This document shows positions 36,831 through 46,099 of a stretch of DNA of 64,000 bases, one piece after another. The position numbers were made by a program, and so were the translations under genes. The notes under the pieces were generated by a model. It ran no database searches and was not told the origin of the DNA. It was given only the letters and a program-made list of their open reading frames with translations. The stretch comes from Candidatus Undinarchaeales archaeon (GTDB lineage: Archaea > SpSt-1190 > JASMDC01). The DNA lies in NCBI GenBank assembly GCA_030753015.1, contig JASMDC010000001.1:96001-160000 (forward strand), written 5' to 3'. Each line of letters begins with the position of its first letter. The first letter of the stretch is position 1.

Positions 36831-37030
36831 GAAAGCGATAACTTATGATTGAAAGCGATACTAAGAATAAGGGAATTAACTGCAGGTGCTGCAGGTGCTG
36901 GGGGCTGGACCAGCAGGTCAGATGGATTGGATTCGTTCGAACCAGCGATACCTTATGACCGTAGTTCCCACTTGCTATCGGGTGATCGGAAGCCCGATAA
37001 GAAGCGATAAGGTATAGTCTAAAGCGATTT
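36831..37030. promoter_or_regulatory. Array of AGCGATA-type boxes upstream of the wHTH gene
   Basis: GAAAGCGATA at 36831 and 36851; CAGCGATA at 36943; CCCGATAA at 36993; GAAGCGATAA at 37001; AAAGCGATT at 37021; TATA-like tttataata at about 36807. Confidence 0.6.
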
Positions 37031-37937
37031 CTTTTTGAGCGTACAGACACGATGGGCTTCAGCTAATGGAAGCGGGAGACGTGTGCCTGTGAACAGCGGG
37101 AGTGTCATTTCCAGTGAACGTTTCAGGTCCATCAGGTGCCCGAGCGCAACGAACACGGGGCGTGATCCCTTGCGCGAGGCAACGGCATTCCCTACGATGC
37201 GGTCTTTGTAGTGGATGGGCCAGGGGCCTTCTTTTCCATCGGTGGAAAAACGGCCACAGAGGAGCCTACGAGTGACTCCGATGGTGGGTATGTCCTCCTT
37301 TACGCCTACATGGGAAGCGAGGCCGACCCCTTGGAAATGGTTGATGCCGCACCCATTGACGAGCAGCACGTCAGGTCGCGTATCGAGCTCACGTAGACTG
37401 GCAGCAATCCCTGGCGCCTCTCTATATGAGAGCAGCCCCGGGACATAGGGGAACGAGATTGGTACTGTGGCCGTTACCGTTTCCACGGTTTCCAAGCTTC
37501 TGTCCACTACGACTATCGCCGAGACCATCGACTCATCGGTGAAGGACTGGTCAACGCCACCGATTCGCTGTACGGGCCGCCCGTCCCAACGATAGTGATA
37601 CCTGTTGTGATATCCGTTCCTGCTCATTGAGCAGTTCTGTCACTGAGAACGCGGGCTCCGATAGACCGTTCCGCTCCGTTCCAGCATTATTGAGTGCTAC
37701 ATGACCCATGTACGCGCAGAAGAAAGCGCGGCGGATAGCATCGTTCTGTGGTGCTAGACGAACGCCTAGATCAGAGGGGCGATCGACACCAAGCAGTTCC
37801 TGTACCTGATTTGGATCACATATTATTGTACGTGACCTGCTGGTTGACTCCAGCAGCACGTCGGTCAGGTCTTGCTCGCAGCATATGATGGTGGGGCCCT
37901 CATGCAACAGTGCGGCCACTTCATCTCTTGGGGACAT
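37019..37937 (-). pseudogene. nfi: Endonuclease V with an approximately 95-aa N-terminal extension, interrupted by a 1-nt frameshift near 37588
   Basis: Upstream frame ends ..ELLNEQERISQQVSLS (EndoV N-terminal helix); downstream frame reads WDGRPVQRIGGVDQS, FPYVPGLLSYRE, GLASHVG, PTIGV, LPLPLAEAH. Confidence 0.75.
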
Positions 37938-37989
37938 GCCTGTCCGATATGATTTGCATCCTGTGAACAGGCACCAAGAGATCCTGTCA

Positions 37990-38850
37990 TCAGTACTTAG
38001 GGAGATGCCCAGGCTCGTTAGCACTACGCGCTGCCTCCCGTGCCTTGATGAATCCCAGGCCAAGGCCGTCGATGGCCTCGAGCACGGCACCTCTGACGGA
38101 GCTCGTAAGACCTTTCCAATCGATGATGGCCAGCTCAGTAGGGCCGTTACGCTCCCTCGCGGTCCGCACCATGCGGGTGATATCGACAGTATCCGTGACG
38201 TATTTCGGCATGATGTGGCCTACGGCGTAATGGGTGGAGAGCATGATGTCCGTGAACCGAGGGGGATAATGGCCACCTCCGAAACCGACACAGGGAACCC
38301 AACTATCGGGGGGTTTGAACGCCACGGTGTCGAGGATTGCCCGGGCGATCACGTCAACCGCTAACGGATCGGACCATTGCTCGGGGCCGCTGCCGATCTC
38401 TACGAACACAACTGGGCTGTCCATGGCGGTGGGCCCGTGGTGGGTGACCTCGAGGGTGACCTCGTACTTGATACCGGTCGCGTCCCGCCTAGCCTTCAAT
38501 GCCTGGAGCGCGGCCTTGATGAGGCGCGGTTCGGCGACCGAGAGCTCTTCGGGACTCCCGCCGTAGCGGACTTCGGACGTCCAGTTACCTGGTGAGTGGG
38601 TGGTGAGAGACGGGGTGCCGGATATCGCCTTGTGCTTGGATGCAAAGATCCAGCTGTCGACGGTGAAGTGCTCGTCCAGATGGTCAGCATGGAGGAGTTC
38701 GCGCTCGGTCCTGACGAGGGTGATGCCCTCCCCTCTGTGGACCGGATGCCCCTCGAACGTGTCCGTCCGCTCGAAGTCCACCAGTTCAAGGATGCGATCG
38801 TGGATGTTCGTCCCCGCAGTATCGTGGACGGAGGAGACGATGCCGATCAT
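37990..38850 (-). CDS. dtdA: Archaeal D-aminoacyl-tRNA deacylase (DTD2/GEK1)
   Basis: FASKH, LTTHSPGN, LEVTHHGPT, FVEIGS, GFGGGHY, GHIMPKY, IIDWKG. Confidence 0.95.
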   Translation of the reverse strand: MIGIVSSVHDTAGTNIHDRILELVDFERTDTFEGHPVHRGEGITLVRTERELLHADHLDEHFTVDSWIFASKHKAISGTPSLTTHSPGNWTSEVRYGGSPEELSVAEPRLIKAALQALKARRDATGIKYEVTLEVTHHGPTAMDSPVVFVEIGSGPEQWSDPLAVDVIARAILDTVAFKPPDSWVPCVGFGGGHYPPRFTDIMLSTHYAVGHIMPKYVTDTVDITRMVRTARERNGPTELAIIDWKGLTSSVRGAVLEAIDGLGLGFIKAREAARSANEPGHLPKY

Positions 38851-39338
38851 GGTCGCAGCACCTTCACCAACGTATAAGTAGGTTTCGAACGGTCCTCGGC
38901 TGGACGATGGGCGGGTGACGGGATTTGCCCGTCACACTATTGTGCTGGCGTGTATTTGCACCGAGAAATATGGATTGTATGGTGAGATGGTGGCCGCACG
39001 GCCACCGTTTATAAAGTGACGGGGATACCCCGACGGATGGGCCGTGGAACTTCCAGGGATATTCCCTCCAGGGATCTACTATTGGGGTGACGACGGAGAT
39101 CCTCCGTCATTTATAATGCCAGGGCCCCTTTTATAAAGCCGCGAAATCTCCGCGATGGGTGGATTTCCACCATGGAACCTAGGGTACACGGGAAAAATCC
39201 GCTCGACAGGCGCGACCGCCGTCAGGGGCCAGATTCTTAATGGTTTGGTGTCACCTGAACGTCGCTCGATGCTCCCTCCCACACGGAGTGGGTGGGGATC
39301 TGAGTGTACGGGAGCACGCTCCACAGACGGGATGACTG

Positions 39339-41162
39339 ATGGCGGGAAGCATGAATGCAGGGCATTTCTGGCGCTGGCTGGCTATCATCGTTCTGGCGGG
39401 AGCGCTCGTACGATTCCCTGCTCTAGGGACCGTACCTCCCGGTATGCATATCGACGAGAACTCAAGTGGGTACGATGCATACTCGATCCTACTCACGGGG
39501 CGCGACCAGTACGGAGTGAGCTACCCGGTATTCTTCGAGGCCCTGGGCAATTGGAGCAGTGGCATCCATATCTACCTGTCTGTCCCTGTGACAATGCTCT
39601 TCGGCTTCGGAAAGACGCAGACGCGCCTCCCATATCCATTCTTCGGTATCGCGTCCATCATTATGGCAGGCTGTCTCGGGCAGGTGCTTTACGGCTCTAG
39701 GGAAGGATTGCTCGCAGCAGCGCTGGTTGCTATCTCGCCATGGGACATCCTGGCCAGCCGAACGGCCGATGCCCAATCCATCCTTCTCACCGTGCTGATT
39801 CCGCTGGGACTGTGCCTGCTGATCTCGGGTGCGCGTGGCCGCCCCGGTCGGTTAAAGGCGGGCCTCGTGATCATGGCGCTATCCCTGTACGGCTACGGTA
39901 CGGCCCGGTTCTTTGTGCCCTTGCTCGTCATCGGTTTCCTCGCAATCTATCGCCACCAGCTCCAGCGGAACCGTCGGGCGCTTGCCTTGGGCCTGGTGTG
40001 CTCAACGATCGTGGCGCTTCCGGTCTACACGGTATTCCTGCCGTATACGGCCAATCGCTTCCTCCAAGTGAATCAAATCGGTGCTCCCGTGGAAGGGGGA
40101 CTTGGGGTCGGGCCGGAGATGGTTGATGTCGAAACCCTCTCCGCCTTGCGGAATGTGAGCACGGGTGACGGTCCCTATGCTACCGAGCGCGACTTCATGA
40201 TGTCCTTCACGATTTGTGATTCCATCGACGACGATCTCCGGGACATGTGCCTGGGGAAGCTGAAGGACCCGGGCGAGTCACAATGGACGCCGACAGCACT
40301 GGAACGTGCACTCGGCAAGTGGACATGGCCGCTGGGCTTTCCGCTCATGGTTGTGGGCAACTACCTTACATCCCTGTCCCCGGATTTCCTGTTCATTAAC
40401 GGCGACCCGAACCCACGCCACTCGCCTCGGGGTGTCGGCCAGCTGCACGTTTTCGAGGCGCCCCTGCTCGCGGTGGGACTGGCGGCGCTGGCGTCCGGGC
40501 GCAAGCGGCGCGACAAGCTCCTCCTGCTCTGGCTCGTCCTCGGCCCCCTGCCGGCCGCCTTCACGGGCGAAGGGGGTGATCATGCCTTCCGGCTCATCGT
40601 GTGGCTCCCTGCCCTCCACCTAACGTCGGCCCGCGGCGCTGCCGTGCTCCTCTCTCGGAGGTTCCCCGAGCGCCATCCAATCCTTTCCTCGCTGATGGCC
40701 GTGGTGGCCCTGCTGGGGATAGCGGTTTTCCTGGATGTGTACTTCGTGCGATATCCGGCGGACCCTTACGCTTTGTACCGCTGGGATCGTGATGTAGGGG
40801 CCCTTCGGATTGCGGCCGATGTGGTCGGCCCCGATGGTGTGGTCCACGTCCCGGATAACACGATGCACGCAGCCGAGCTATATCAGGCCTATATGTACAA
40901 CCTCGCGCCCCACATCGACACGCCGCCGTTCGATATCCTCAAGGGGCCGCTGAGTTGCACATTCAAGAACGCCGGGCCAGAACAGCTCAGGGACGACGTG
41001 TTCATCCTGGCGCCTATGCTCCCCTGGAGGGTTCCGCCCGACTGCGATCCTACCGCCCACGGGCTCGTTGAGGTAGGCCGGGTCTCCTACTTCTCGGGTA
41101 GGGTGGCAGGCTATCTGGTGTACCGCCACCGCGACGCCGCTCCGGCCCCTGGTCGCCGGTAG
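39339..41162 (+). CDS. GT-C (ArnT/PMT-like) membrane glycosyltransferase, tandem copy 1
   Basis: PPGMHIDENSSGYDAYSILLTGRDQYG, ISPW..SR, FLFINGD.NPRH, HAFR; carries an approximately 60-aa insert with a Cys pair. Confidence 0.88.
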   Translation: MAGSMNAGHFWRWLAIIVLAGALVRFPALGTVPPGMHIDENSSGYDAYSILLTGRDQYGVSYPVFFEALGNWSSGIHIYLSVPVTMLFGFGKTQTRLPYPFFGIASIIMAGCLGQVLYGSREGLLAAALVAISPWDILASRTADAQSILLTVLIPLGLCLLISGARGRPGRLKAGLVIMALSLYGYGTARFFVPLLVIGFLAIYRHQLQRNRRALALGLVCSTIVALPVYTVFLPYTANRFLQVNQIGAPVEGGLGVGPEMVDVETLSALRNVSTGDGPYATERDFMMSFTICDSIDDDLRDMCLGKLKDPGESQWTPTALERALGKWTWPLGFPLMVVGNYLTSLSPDFLFINGDPNPRHSPRGVGQLHVFEAPLLAVGLAALASGRKRRDKLLLLWLVLGPLPAAFTGEGGDHAFRLIVWLPALHLTSARGAAVLLSRRFPERHPILSSLMAVVALLGIAVFLDVYFVRYPADPYALYRWDRDVGALRIAADVVGPDGVVHVPDNTMHAAELYQAYMYNLAPHIDTPPFDILKGPLSCTFKNAGPEQLRDDVFILAPMLPWRVPPDCDPTAHGLVEVGRVSYFSGRVAGYLVYRHRDAAPAPGRR

Positions 41163-41247
41163 ATTCATTAAGGTTAGGTGCAATTGCCGCTCCGCGACAC
41201 GTACCTCTCGGGCCTTCCCCGGTTGATGGTGACGAGCGCACAATGGG

Positions 41248-42900
41248 ATGACCATGACCACGGACATGGGGCAAAGGACGTTCTGGCGCTGGCTGGGCGC
41301 TATCGTCATAGCGGGCGCCCTCCTTAGGCTCCCGCTGTTGGGCAGTGTCCCTCCCCCTATGTACATCGATGAATATTCAAATGGGTATGACGCCTACTCG
41401 ATCCTCCTGACCGGTAATGATCAGCACGGAGTCCGATACCCTCTGTTCTTTAGAGCGCTGGACGACTACCGGACACCGCTCCACATATACATGTCAGTAC
41501 CGGTCACCATGGTCTTCGGATTCGGTGAGATGCAGACTCGGCTCCCCTACGCTCTCTGCGGGATCCTTGCGATTCTGGCCGCGGGGTGTATAGGGCAGAC
41601 CCTCTTAGGACCTCGTGAGGGTCTGTTCACTGCTGCGCTCACCGCGCTATCGCCGTGGGACGTGCAGTTCGGTCGCATGGCTCTCACCCATCCAATACCG
41701 CTCACGGCGCTCATACCTCTGGGGCTGTGCTTATTGATATCGGGAGTACGCGGGCGTCCGCGAAGGCTCGTAGCGGGCTTCGTGGTCATGGCCCTTTCGC
41801 TCTACTCCTACCCTACAGCTGCCCTCTTCGTCCCTCTCCTTCTTCTGGGATTTGGGATTATTGCCCGCCACTCGCTCCTGCGGGACCGGCGTCATCTGGG
41901 GATCGGTATCGCTGTGTTCGTGGTACTTGCGCTCCCAATCTATTCTCCATGGATGCTTCCGCAGACGACCGCTCGTTTCTCACAGGTGAGCATCCATAAT
42001 GTCGACGCACCCGTGCTGATGGCCGAACGGCTCGGGAGTGCGCTCGGTGAGTGGGCCCGTCCGCTCGGGCTTCCTCTGGCGATCGCTTCTAACTATATTT
42101 CTTCCTTCTCACCAAGGTTCCTGTTCGTCAATGGGGACCCGAACTTGTGGCACTCGCCCCGCGGGATTGGTCAGCTCCATATCGTTGAGGCGCCCTTTAT
42201 CCTCGCCGGACTGATTTCGCTGATAAATGGACGGCGCCGACGCGACCGTCTTCTTCTGCTCTGGCTTTTTATCGGCCCCTTGCCTGCTGCGTTCACGCAG
42301 TGGGGGGGCTATCATGCGGGGCGGCTACTCGTGTGGCTCCCTGCCCTTCATCTAACCGCAGCACGTGGGATCACATCGCTCCTTCACAGGATCGATGGGA
42401 AGCGGTATCCGCTCTTCATACCTATCATCGCATTGGCCTCCCTTATCAGTATGGTCGTGTTCCTGGACACGTATTTCGTCCGATACCCCGAGGACGTGCT
42501 CGCACAGTATCGATATCGGGTGGGCCAGGGCACAGCTCTCCGCATTGCGGGAGATGTTGTAGGCCCTGATGGAAAAGTGCATGTGCCACCTTTCACGATG
42601 ATAGGATCGAATATCGTCCAGGCATATGAGTACGACATTGCTCCGCATCTCGAGGCCCCTCCATTCCTTATCGTAACATCGCCGAACGAGTGCACCTTCC
42701 TCGATGCATCATCGGATGAGCTTGCGAGTGATGTGTTCATAATCGCACCTATGCAACCGTTCCTTGATCCTGAGCTACCCTTTCGACTTCCACCGGACTG
42801 CGAACCCAAAGCGCATGGATTCGTCGAGGTCGGACGGGTCCGGTATTCGAACGACGTGCCCAGTCACTTCATCTTCAAAGCGTCTGGACCTGAGAAATGA
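41248..42900 (+). CDS. GT-C (ArnT/PMT-like) membrane glycosyltransferase, tandem copy 2
   Basis: PPPMYIDEYSNGYDAYSILLTGNDQHG; colinear paralogue of the previous gene. Confidence 0.88.
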   Translation: MTMTTDMGQRTFWRWLGAIVIAGALLRLPLLGSVPPPMYIDEYSNGYDAYSILLTGNDQHGVRYPLFFRALDDYRTPLHIYMSVPVTMVFGFGEMQTRLPYALCGILAILAAGCIGQTLLGPREGLFTAALTALSPWDVQFGRMALTHPIPLTALIPLGLCLLISGVRGRPRRLVAGFVVMALSLYSYPTAALFVPLLLLGFGIIARHSLLRDRRHLGIGIAVFVVLALPIYSPWMLPQTTARFSQVSIHNVDAPVLMAERLGSALGEWARPLGLPLAIASNYISSFSPRFLFVNGDPNLWHSPRGIGQLHIVEAPFILAGLISLINGRRRRDRLLLLWLFIGPLPAAFTQWGGYHAGRLLVWLPALHLTAARGITSLLHRIDGKRYPLFIPIIALASLISMVVFLDTYFVRYPEDVLAQYRYRVGQGTALRIAGDVVGPDGKVHVPPFTMIGSNIVQAYEYDIAPHLEAPPFLIVTSPNECTFLDASSDELASDVFIIAPMQPFLDPELPFRLPPDCEPKAHGFVEVGRVRYSNDVPSHFIFKASGPEK

Positions 42901-42957
42901 GTGCAGCACGGTTCGCTTGACGGTAGATTCATTAATGTTTGGAGCGTGCCGTGTCGT

Positions 42958-43551
42958 ATGCACGAGCTGGTGAGGGAAGGTGCACGCAAGGTCGTCCATC
43001 TCGCATCCCTCTCTATCCCAGTCGTGTACATCACGTATGGGCGTGAGACTACTCTGGCCTTCTTGGTCTACTGTCTTGTCGGATTCCTCGTAGCCGAGTT
43101 CGTGCGTATCGAGCTTGGTGTCCGAATACCCTTCTTCCACATAATCGCACGGGAGAAGGAGGCGGAATGCGTTGGCGCAGAGGTCTACTTCACACTCGGA
43201 GCGCTGGTGGCCGTGGCTGCCTATACAAAGGCCGTCGCCTGCGCTGTAATCCTCATGGCTAGCTTGGGTGACATGGCAGCATCCTTGGTGGGCCAAGCCA
43301 TTCGTGGCCCTCGCCTTTATGGGGATAAAACTGTTGCAGGGGCGAGTGGTGAACTGGTGATGGATCTTCTAGCTGTGACCGTCCTTGGAGCTGTTGTCCC
43401 CGAAGTTGCTCTCCCTGCTGCGGTCGTGTTTGCCATGGCAATCACTGCGACTATAGTCGAGACTCTCGTGGAGCGCATAAATGATAATCTTGCGGTCCCT
43501 GTTATTGCGGGGCTCATCGGGAACCTGGTGCTCGGTGTGCCATTGGGTTGA
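42958..43551 (+). CDS. Dolichol/phytol kinase-like protein (CTP_transf_1 / SEC59 family)
   Basis: RKVVHL, LGDMAASLVG, DKTVAG, VE..INDNLAVP. Confidence 0.85.
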   Translation: MHELVREGARKVVHLASLSIPVVYITYGRETTLAFLVYCLVGFLVAEFVRIELGVRIPFFHIIAREKEAECVGAEVYFTLGALVAVAAYTKAVACAVILMASLGDMAASLVGQAIRGPRLYGDKTVAGASGELVMDLLAVTVLGAVVPEVALPAAVVFAMAITATIVETLVERINDNLAVPVIAGLIGNLVLGVPLG

Positions 43552-43682
43552 GTTGGGCGGATTCATTGGGCTGGCAGAATCTCCTCCCGTAAATAGGTCT
43601 ATAACGCGTAATACGTTCTAAAAAAAGGAGTACACGCGTTATATAGTGGTAAAAAACAGAGATAAAAAGATTATGACCTAAT

Positions 43683-43782
43683 GAAACATAAAGGAACATA
43701 ATAAAACCAGCAGAGGCTCTAAATAGGAATAATCTAAAAACTGAGATTTATGTTCCATTATGTTCCAAGAAAGATATTTATA
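43683..43782 (+). promoter_or_regulatory. Operator-like 2+2 inverted repeat array abutting BRE/TATA
   Basis: GAAACATAA (43683), GGAACATAA (43693), TTATGTTCC (43748, 43758), then AAGAAAGA and TTTATA (43777) about 27 nt before ATG 43809. Confidence 0.7.
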
Positions 43783-43808
43783 GGTACTACGACAGAGTAG
43801 TTATTAGC

Positions 43809-44378
43809 ATGAAAGACATTGACCGCACACGAGAACGGCTGATGAAGTTCCTTGGGAAGCGGCAGATCGAAAAACATACTAACGAAATCCTGGACATCGC
43901 CCAAGATATATCCACGAACAGTAACTATGCATATTATCTGCCGGCTGTCACCTACGTGCTGATGAAGGACAAGTACGGCGTCGCGATATCTGCATCAGAG
44001 CTCAAGAGCGAGGGGCTCGGCCAGGTCAAGGCGAAGTTCATCGTACGTGTCCGTGATAGACTCGGTATAAAACGAAATGAACCGAAAGTGAAGGACGGAC
44101 AAGTAGTCTCGGCCATCGAGAGGATTTGTCGTAAGCTCGACATGGCGAATCAGGTACGACGTTTCGCGATGAAGCTACACGAGAACCTATCACGAAGGAA
44201 CGTCTATAACGTCCATGAATTCTACTGCTACTCCGCCTCTCTCGTCTACGTATCGGCAAAGTACAACGATGCACTGATGACCCAGGAGAGCATTATCAGA
44301 CAGTTGAATATCTCACCACACTTTCTGCGGAAGTACTCGCGCATCATCACGAGCGAGATGGGCAAGTTCAACCTCTAA
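43809..44378 (+). CDS. Divergent TFB/TFIIB core-like protein (two cyclin folds, no zinc ribbon)
   Basis: IERICRKLDM..FAMKL, ASLVYVSA..MTQESIIRQLNIS..LRKYSRII resembles TFB cyclin repeat 2 with its HTH; weaker first repeat PAVTYVL..ISASEL. Confidence 0.65.
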   Translation: MKDIDRTRERLMKFLGKRQIEKHTNEILDIAQDISTNSNYAYYLPAVTYVLMKDKYGVAISASELKSEGLGQVKAKFIVRVRDRLGIKRNEPKVKDGQVVSAIERICRKLDMANQVRRFAMKLHENLSRRNVYNVHEFYCYSASLVYVSAKYNDALMTQESIIRQLNISPHFLRKYSRIITSEMGKFNL

Positions 44379-45114
44379 GAAGCGACCATTTATCTGAAGC
44401 GTACTTCTGAGCCAGTTCCCTGCAATTATCACACTCTGCGACAGTCGGGTTACTGGGCGTGATCTCCAAGTCCATTGTATCACCAAAGGCACGAACGACA
44501 GAGCGCCACACCTCGGGAACAGAGGTGGAGATGCCTTCAGCGGTAAGCGTTGTTGCCCAGGATGGGGATTCAAGGCCCTTTCGCGTTAGAGATTCATCCG
44601 GTTTATGAAGGACCCGAAAGAGCGTTCCGAGGTCAGTGTCGACCATGAGGTAGCCATGGACCACTAATGCGTTCCGTCGACGGATCTGGGCGGCACCTGC
44701 GATCTTGCGGTGTCCTACGATAAGGTCACCGAACTCGTTCATTCTGGCATTAATATCGAAATCATCAAGAGCAGAGACAAGTGGAGCGCACAAGTGCTCG
44801 AAACCTTTGGCAACTGATATGGAGAGTTGATGCGAAAGAGGGACTATGACGCAATAAGTTAGGTCCCAAGCGCCATTGTGGAGCACAGAGCCACCTCCAG
44901 AGGGCCTGCGAAGTACAGGGATGCCCAGCTCATTGCACACGTCAAGGTCGATGTCAGACGAACCCTTGAACCTTCCGACCGAGACCGTGGGGCTCGGAAA
45001 GACCGCGAGCTTGAGGGTTGGTGGAGATGTACCTGATCCTATCGAGGTTGCAAGAGCCTCGTCCATAGCAAGGAGCTCACTTGGGGGATGATCATCCAAT
45101 ACCATCACGCGCAT
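44368..45114 (-). CDS. lplA: Lipoate-protein ligase A / LipM family (catalytic domain only)
   Basis: MDEAL, TVSVGRF, RRPSGGGSVLH, RKIAGAAQ, VHG. Confidence 0.85.
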   Translation of the reverse strand: MRVMVLDDHPPSELLAMDEALATSIGSGTSPPTLKLAVFPSPTVSVGRFKGSSDIDLDVCNELGIPVLRRPSGGGSVLHNGAWDLTYCVIVPLSHQLSISVAKGFEHLCAPLVSALDDFDINARMNEFGDLIVGHRKIAGAAQIRRRNALVVHGYLMVDTDLGTLFRVLHKPDESLTRKGLESPSWATTLTAEGISTSVPEVWRSVVRAFGDTMDLEITPSNPTVAECDNCRELAQKYASDKWSLLRG

Positions 45115-45139
45115 GGGGCTGCAAGCCAGATGATCCACC

Positions 45140-46099
45140 TCAGTATATGAGGTCGTCGCTGATGGAAAGGCGTTCTTCATCCTTGAAGAAGTTCCATGAA
45201 GAGATGCCTCGTTCCTTTGCGAGTTCGAGCACAGCACGCTGCACGGGGACACAGTTCACGAGCGGAAGGAGCTCATCTGGTGTAGTCGGAAGGCAGACCT
45301 CGCACTCAGGACCGCACCCTATCATGGTCGAATTGAATCCTCGTTGTCGCAAGGCCGTATGCACATTCGTGATCTTGTCGTCAGATGTGGAGGGGAAGAG
45401 GACGATAGGCCTTGTTTTATCCATAAGGAACAACTCCACATGGCAGAACTCCTCCGTGTGACAGGCAAGGGCGACATCCCCCATCACTTCCGCAAGTTTT
45501 GCGGCGCTATAGAGGGCCGTTGCGCGGTTCTGGAGCGCACCGACCAGACAACAGGGGCCGGGGACGAGGCTTGGCATCGATGTATCCAGGGACGTTGTGA
45601 CGAGGTCGGGGGCCGCTTCGAGATCACACTCCCGTAAGAAAGGCATCATGGCAGCGAGCATGCTCGTGAGATAGGATGACATCCCCGGGAGTGGTCGGTC
45701 CGATGCGCGCTTTGGGAGTCGTGCCACCATGTCGGAGGCTGATGCCAGGGGCGAGTCCGTTCGGGACGTGACCGCGACGACCCGGGCCCCTCTCTCACGG
45801 GCAAGAGCTGCTGCACGAAACGTCGTGCGGACCTTCCCCGAGTTTGAGATCGCTACAAGGAGCACGCGTCCACTCTCTAGGTGGGCAGGATTGCAGAGGA
45901 TATCGTGCGGCTCGATGGCCTGACCATTAGCGACATGAGCTGCTGCGATGGCAGCATGGTATGAGTCCCCGCATCCCGTGAAGATGATGCGGTCATAGCT
46001 TTCCCCGGGATCCCATCCCGATAGATCGAGAGTGGCGCTCAGGAGCTCGGGCTGTGCGAGGATGTCTGCTTCTAGGGCACTGAGCAGGTCGTCGGTCAT
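45140..46099 (-). CDS. Double-SIS-domain sugar-phosphate isomerase/deaminase (GlmD/FrlB-like)
   Basis: DILAQP, FTGCGDSYHAA, AISNSG, SPLA, AAKLAE..EEFCH; no glutaminase domain. Confidence 0.82.
   Translation of the reverse strand: MTDDLLSALEADILAQPELLSATLDLSGWDPGESYDRIIFTGCGDSYHAAIAAAHVANGQAIEPHDILCNPAHLESGRVLLVAISNSGKVRTTFRAAALARERGARVVAVTSRTDSPLASASDMVARLPKRASDRPLPGMSSYLTSMLAAMMPFLRECDLEAAPDLVTTSLDTSMPSLVPGPCCLVGALQNRATALYSAAKLAEVMGDVALACHTEEFCHVELFLMDKTRPIVLFPSTSDDKITNVHTALRQRGFNSTMIGCGPECEVCLPTTPDELLPLVNCVPVQRAVLELAKERGISSWNFFKDEERLSISDDLIY

Noticed and set aside
39038-39110. GGGCCGTGG.. downstream of a TATA box as a possible tRNA
   Set aside because: No TTCGA T-loop, D-arm or acceptor-stem pairing could be built
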